Of a DNA stretch of 64,000 nucleotides, positions 62,567-64,000 are shown piece by piece (position 1 is the stretch's first letter; every line of letters starts with the position of its first letter). Origin of the DNA: an uncultured Methylobacillus sp. (GTDB lineage Bacteria; Pseudomonadota; Gammaproteobacteria; Burkholderiales; Methylophilaceae). Where the stretch lies: positions 816 through 64,815 of the forward strand of contig CAYOUI010000001.1 of assembly GCA_964407135.1 (NCBI GenBank). Direction: 5' to 3'. Below the pieces are notes generated by a model. That model was not told the origin of the DNA. It made no database searches and saw only the letters and a list, made by a program, of their open reading frames with translations. The position numbers and the translations under genes were made by a program.

Positions 62567-63923
62567 GAGGTTTTCCTTTTGATACTTTATTTTTGTTTAA
62601 AGGTTGGGGGTCTAGAGTTACAACTGTTAATGCATCATCATGAAAGTATTTTTTAATAACTTCTTGAATATCTTGAGATGTAACCTGCTTAATGTTCTTA
62701 ATATAATCGTCTACTATTTTGTGAGAATAACCCATGGTTTCTAGTTGGCCTATTTGCATAACGGCTCCAAAGACAGAGTCTTTTTGATACACTTCTCCAG
62801 CAATCACGCTTGTTATTACTCTTTTTAACTCAGTTTCAGTTACACCATTATCGACAATATTTTTCAATTCAAGTTTTAAATACTTTTCTAAATCAATTAC
62901 AGAGAATTTTTCGCTTGGCGTAGCATACATTTCAAATGAACTTTGACCTCCTCGAGAAAGCATACTATAACCCGCTCCAACACTAATTGCTCTTGAAGTA
63001 TTTCTAACTAGATTTTGATTAAGCCTTGATGAACTAGTTCCTGATAAAATACCAACCAAGACTTCAAGTGCAAAAGCTTCCCTTTTGTTTTTTATACCGT
63101 CTTTACCTAAAGTAGGAGCTGGGTAACCCATTTGAATGTAAGGTAATTTACTTGGCGCCTTCAGAATCGCTCTTCTTGATCCATTCTGTTTTGGTTCAAT
63201 TTGTGGTTTCCTTTTAGGTACTTCAAAAGCTGGAATATCAGCAAAATATTTTTTTGCCTCAGTAAAAATTTCTTTTGAATCAACATCTCCACCAATTACT
63301 AAAATTGCATTACTAGGACTATACCAAGTCTTGTACCAATCAAGTGCATCTTGATGTGTCATATTTTCAAGATCACTCATCCAGCCAACTATTGGCCTTC
63401 CGTAGGGATGAGCTCTAAAAATTAATGAGTTAAATAACTCGTTAACTTGTGCTTTTGGTTTATCGTCAGTTCTCCATCGACGTTCTTCCATGACAACTTG
63501 AATTTCTTTTTTAAATTCTTCTTCAGTTACAACCAGATTTTGCATTCTATCTGATTCCATTTTCATAGATATAGGTAATTTTGATTTTTCTAGGCGTTGA
63601 AAGTAAGCAGTATAATCTGCGCCAGTAAATGCATTCTCTCTTCCACCTGCGGCCGCCACAATTTCTGAATATTCTCCTGGTTTAGTTGTCTTTGTGCCTT
63701 TAAACATCATGTGTTCTAGCAGATGAGCAACTCCAGTTTTTCCATTTACTTCGTCAAGACTTCCAGCTCTGTACCATACCATTGAAACCACTACTGGTGA
63801 ACGATGGTCTTCTTTAACTAATATCCGCATACCATTTTTAAGAGTTATTTCTTGAACATTTAGGTCTGCTTGTGCAAACAAAGGCAACAAACATAAAAAA
63901 AACACTATTTTTATATAATTCAC
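62556..63923 (-). CDS. M16-family (pitrilysin-like) zinc peptidase, catalytic type
   Basis: 455 aa with a signal peptide and an intact inverted zinc motif HLLEH (GVAHLLEHMMFKGT). It overlaps the downstream M16 homologue by 11 nt. Confidence 0.85.
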   Translation of the reverse strand: MNYIKIVFFLCLLPLFAQADLNVQEITLKNGMRILVKEDHRSPVVVSMVWYRAGSLDEVNGKTGVAHLLEHMMFKGTKTTKPGEYSEIVAAAGGRENAFTGADYTAYFQRLEKSKLPISMKMESDRMQNLVVTEEEFKKEIQVVMEERRWRTDDKPKAQVNELFNSLIFRAHPYGRPIVGWMSDLENMTHQDALDWYKTWYSPSNAILVIGGDVDSKEIFTEAKKYFADIPAFEVPKRKPQIEPKQNGSRRAILKAPSKLPYIQMGYPAPTLGKDGIKNKREAFALEVLVGILSGTSSSRLNQNLVRNTSRAISVGAGYSMLSRGGQSSFEMYATPSEKFSVIDLEKYLKLELKNIVDNGVTETELKRVITSVIAGEVYQKDSVFGAVMQIGQLETMGYSHKIVDDYIKNIKQVTSQDIQEVIKKYFHDDALTVVTLDPQPLNKNKVSKGKPHVH

Positions 63924-64000
63924 ATGTAATCCTTTTAATTAATACTTGTATAATAATGAATAACTGACCAAACTCATAAAAATAAGTTCTAACTTAACAA

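Noticed and set aside
1-64000. Search for an accessory island: CRISPR repeats, tRNA/rRNA genes, IS elements, integrases, phage genes, toxin-antitoxin or defence genes, and large repeats
   Set aside because: Every ORF longer than 140 aa has a confident housekeeping assignment, apart from two small unknowns. Spacers total about 2 kb, the longest is 170 bp, and none contains arrayed repeats or tRNA-like structure. I saw no obvious compositional break by eye, but I did not compute GC or k-mer profiles.

Overview
This is a dense, visibly AT-rich core-genome segment of a streamlined proteobacterium. I count 65 protein genes and about 2 kb of spacer in 64 kb (summed from my coordinates), so roughly 97% is coding. 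Many neighbouring genes overlap at their stop and start codons.

Gene order:
- htpG
- rpoE-rseABC-degP-lepA-lepB-rnc-era-recO-pdxJ-acpS-tcdA
- nadB, slyD
- suhB | trmJ-cysE-iscR-(nifS-like)-iscSUA-hscBA-fdx
- a phosphate porin
- prfB-lysS-carbonic anhydrase
- pstSCAB
- glmM-folP-ftsH-rlmE | yhbY
- greA-carBA, dapB-bamE | fur
- recN-nadK | hrcA-hemH-hldD-hldE
- edd-eda-HAD
- grpE-dnaK-dnaJ
- gloA ... coaD-rsmD and an M16 peptidase pair

This synteny is of the betaproteobacterial type. With the low GC and the edd/eda genes, it fits an OM43/Methylophilaceae-like planktonic lineage. That is inference only; I ran no search.

I found no rRNA, tRNA, CRISPR, IS or integrase genes, no phage genes, and no toxin or defence genes.

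Reading the spacers directly gave:
- three sigma-32-type promoters with identical 14-nt spacing (htpG, grpE, dnaK)
- a sigma-E-type promoter at rpoE
- a 23/25 match to the IscR type-1 box
- canonical Pho boxes at pstS and at the porin
- the prfB +1 frameshift site
- several GC-rich hairpin terminators

I do not see a convincing new multi-gene system here; the window looks like ordinary housekeeping DNA. The leads most worth a second look are:
- an extra short cysteine desulfurase inserted between iscR and iscS
- an orphan cupin/2OG-oxygenase-like gene inside a housekeeping operon
- BamE with a roughly 110-aa acidic tail
- an inverted TGTCAT repeat next to a bidirectional terminator in the pstS-pstC spacer
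- convergent gene junctions too short to hold terminators
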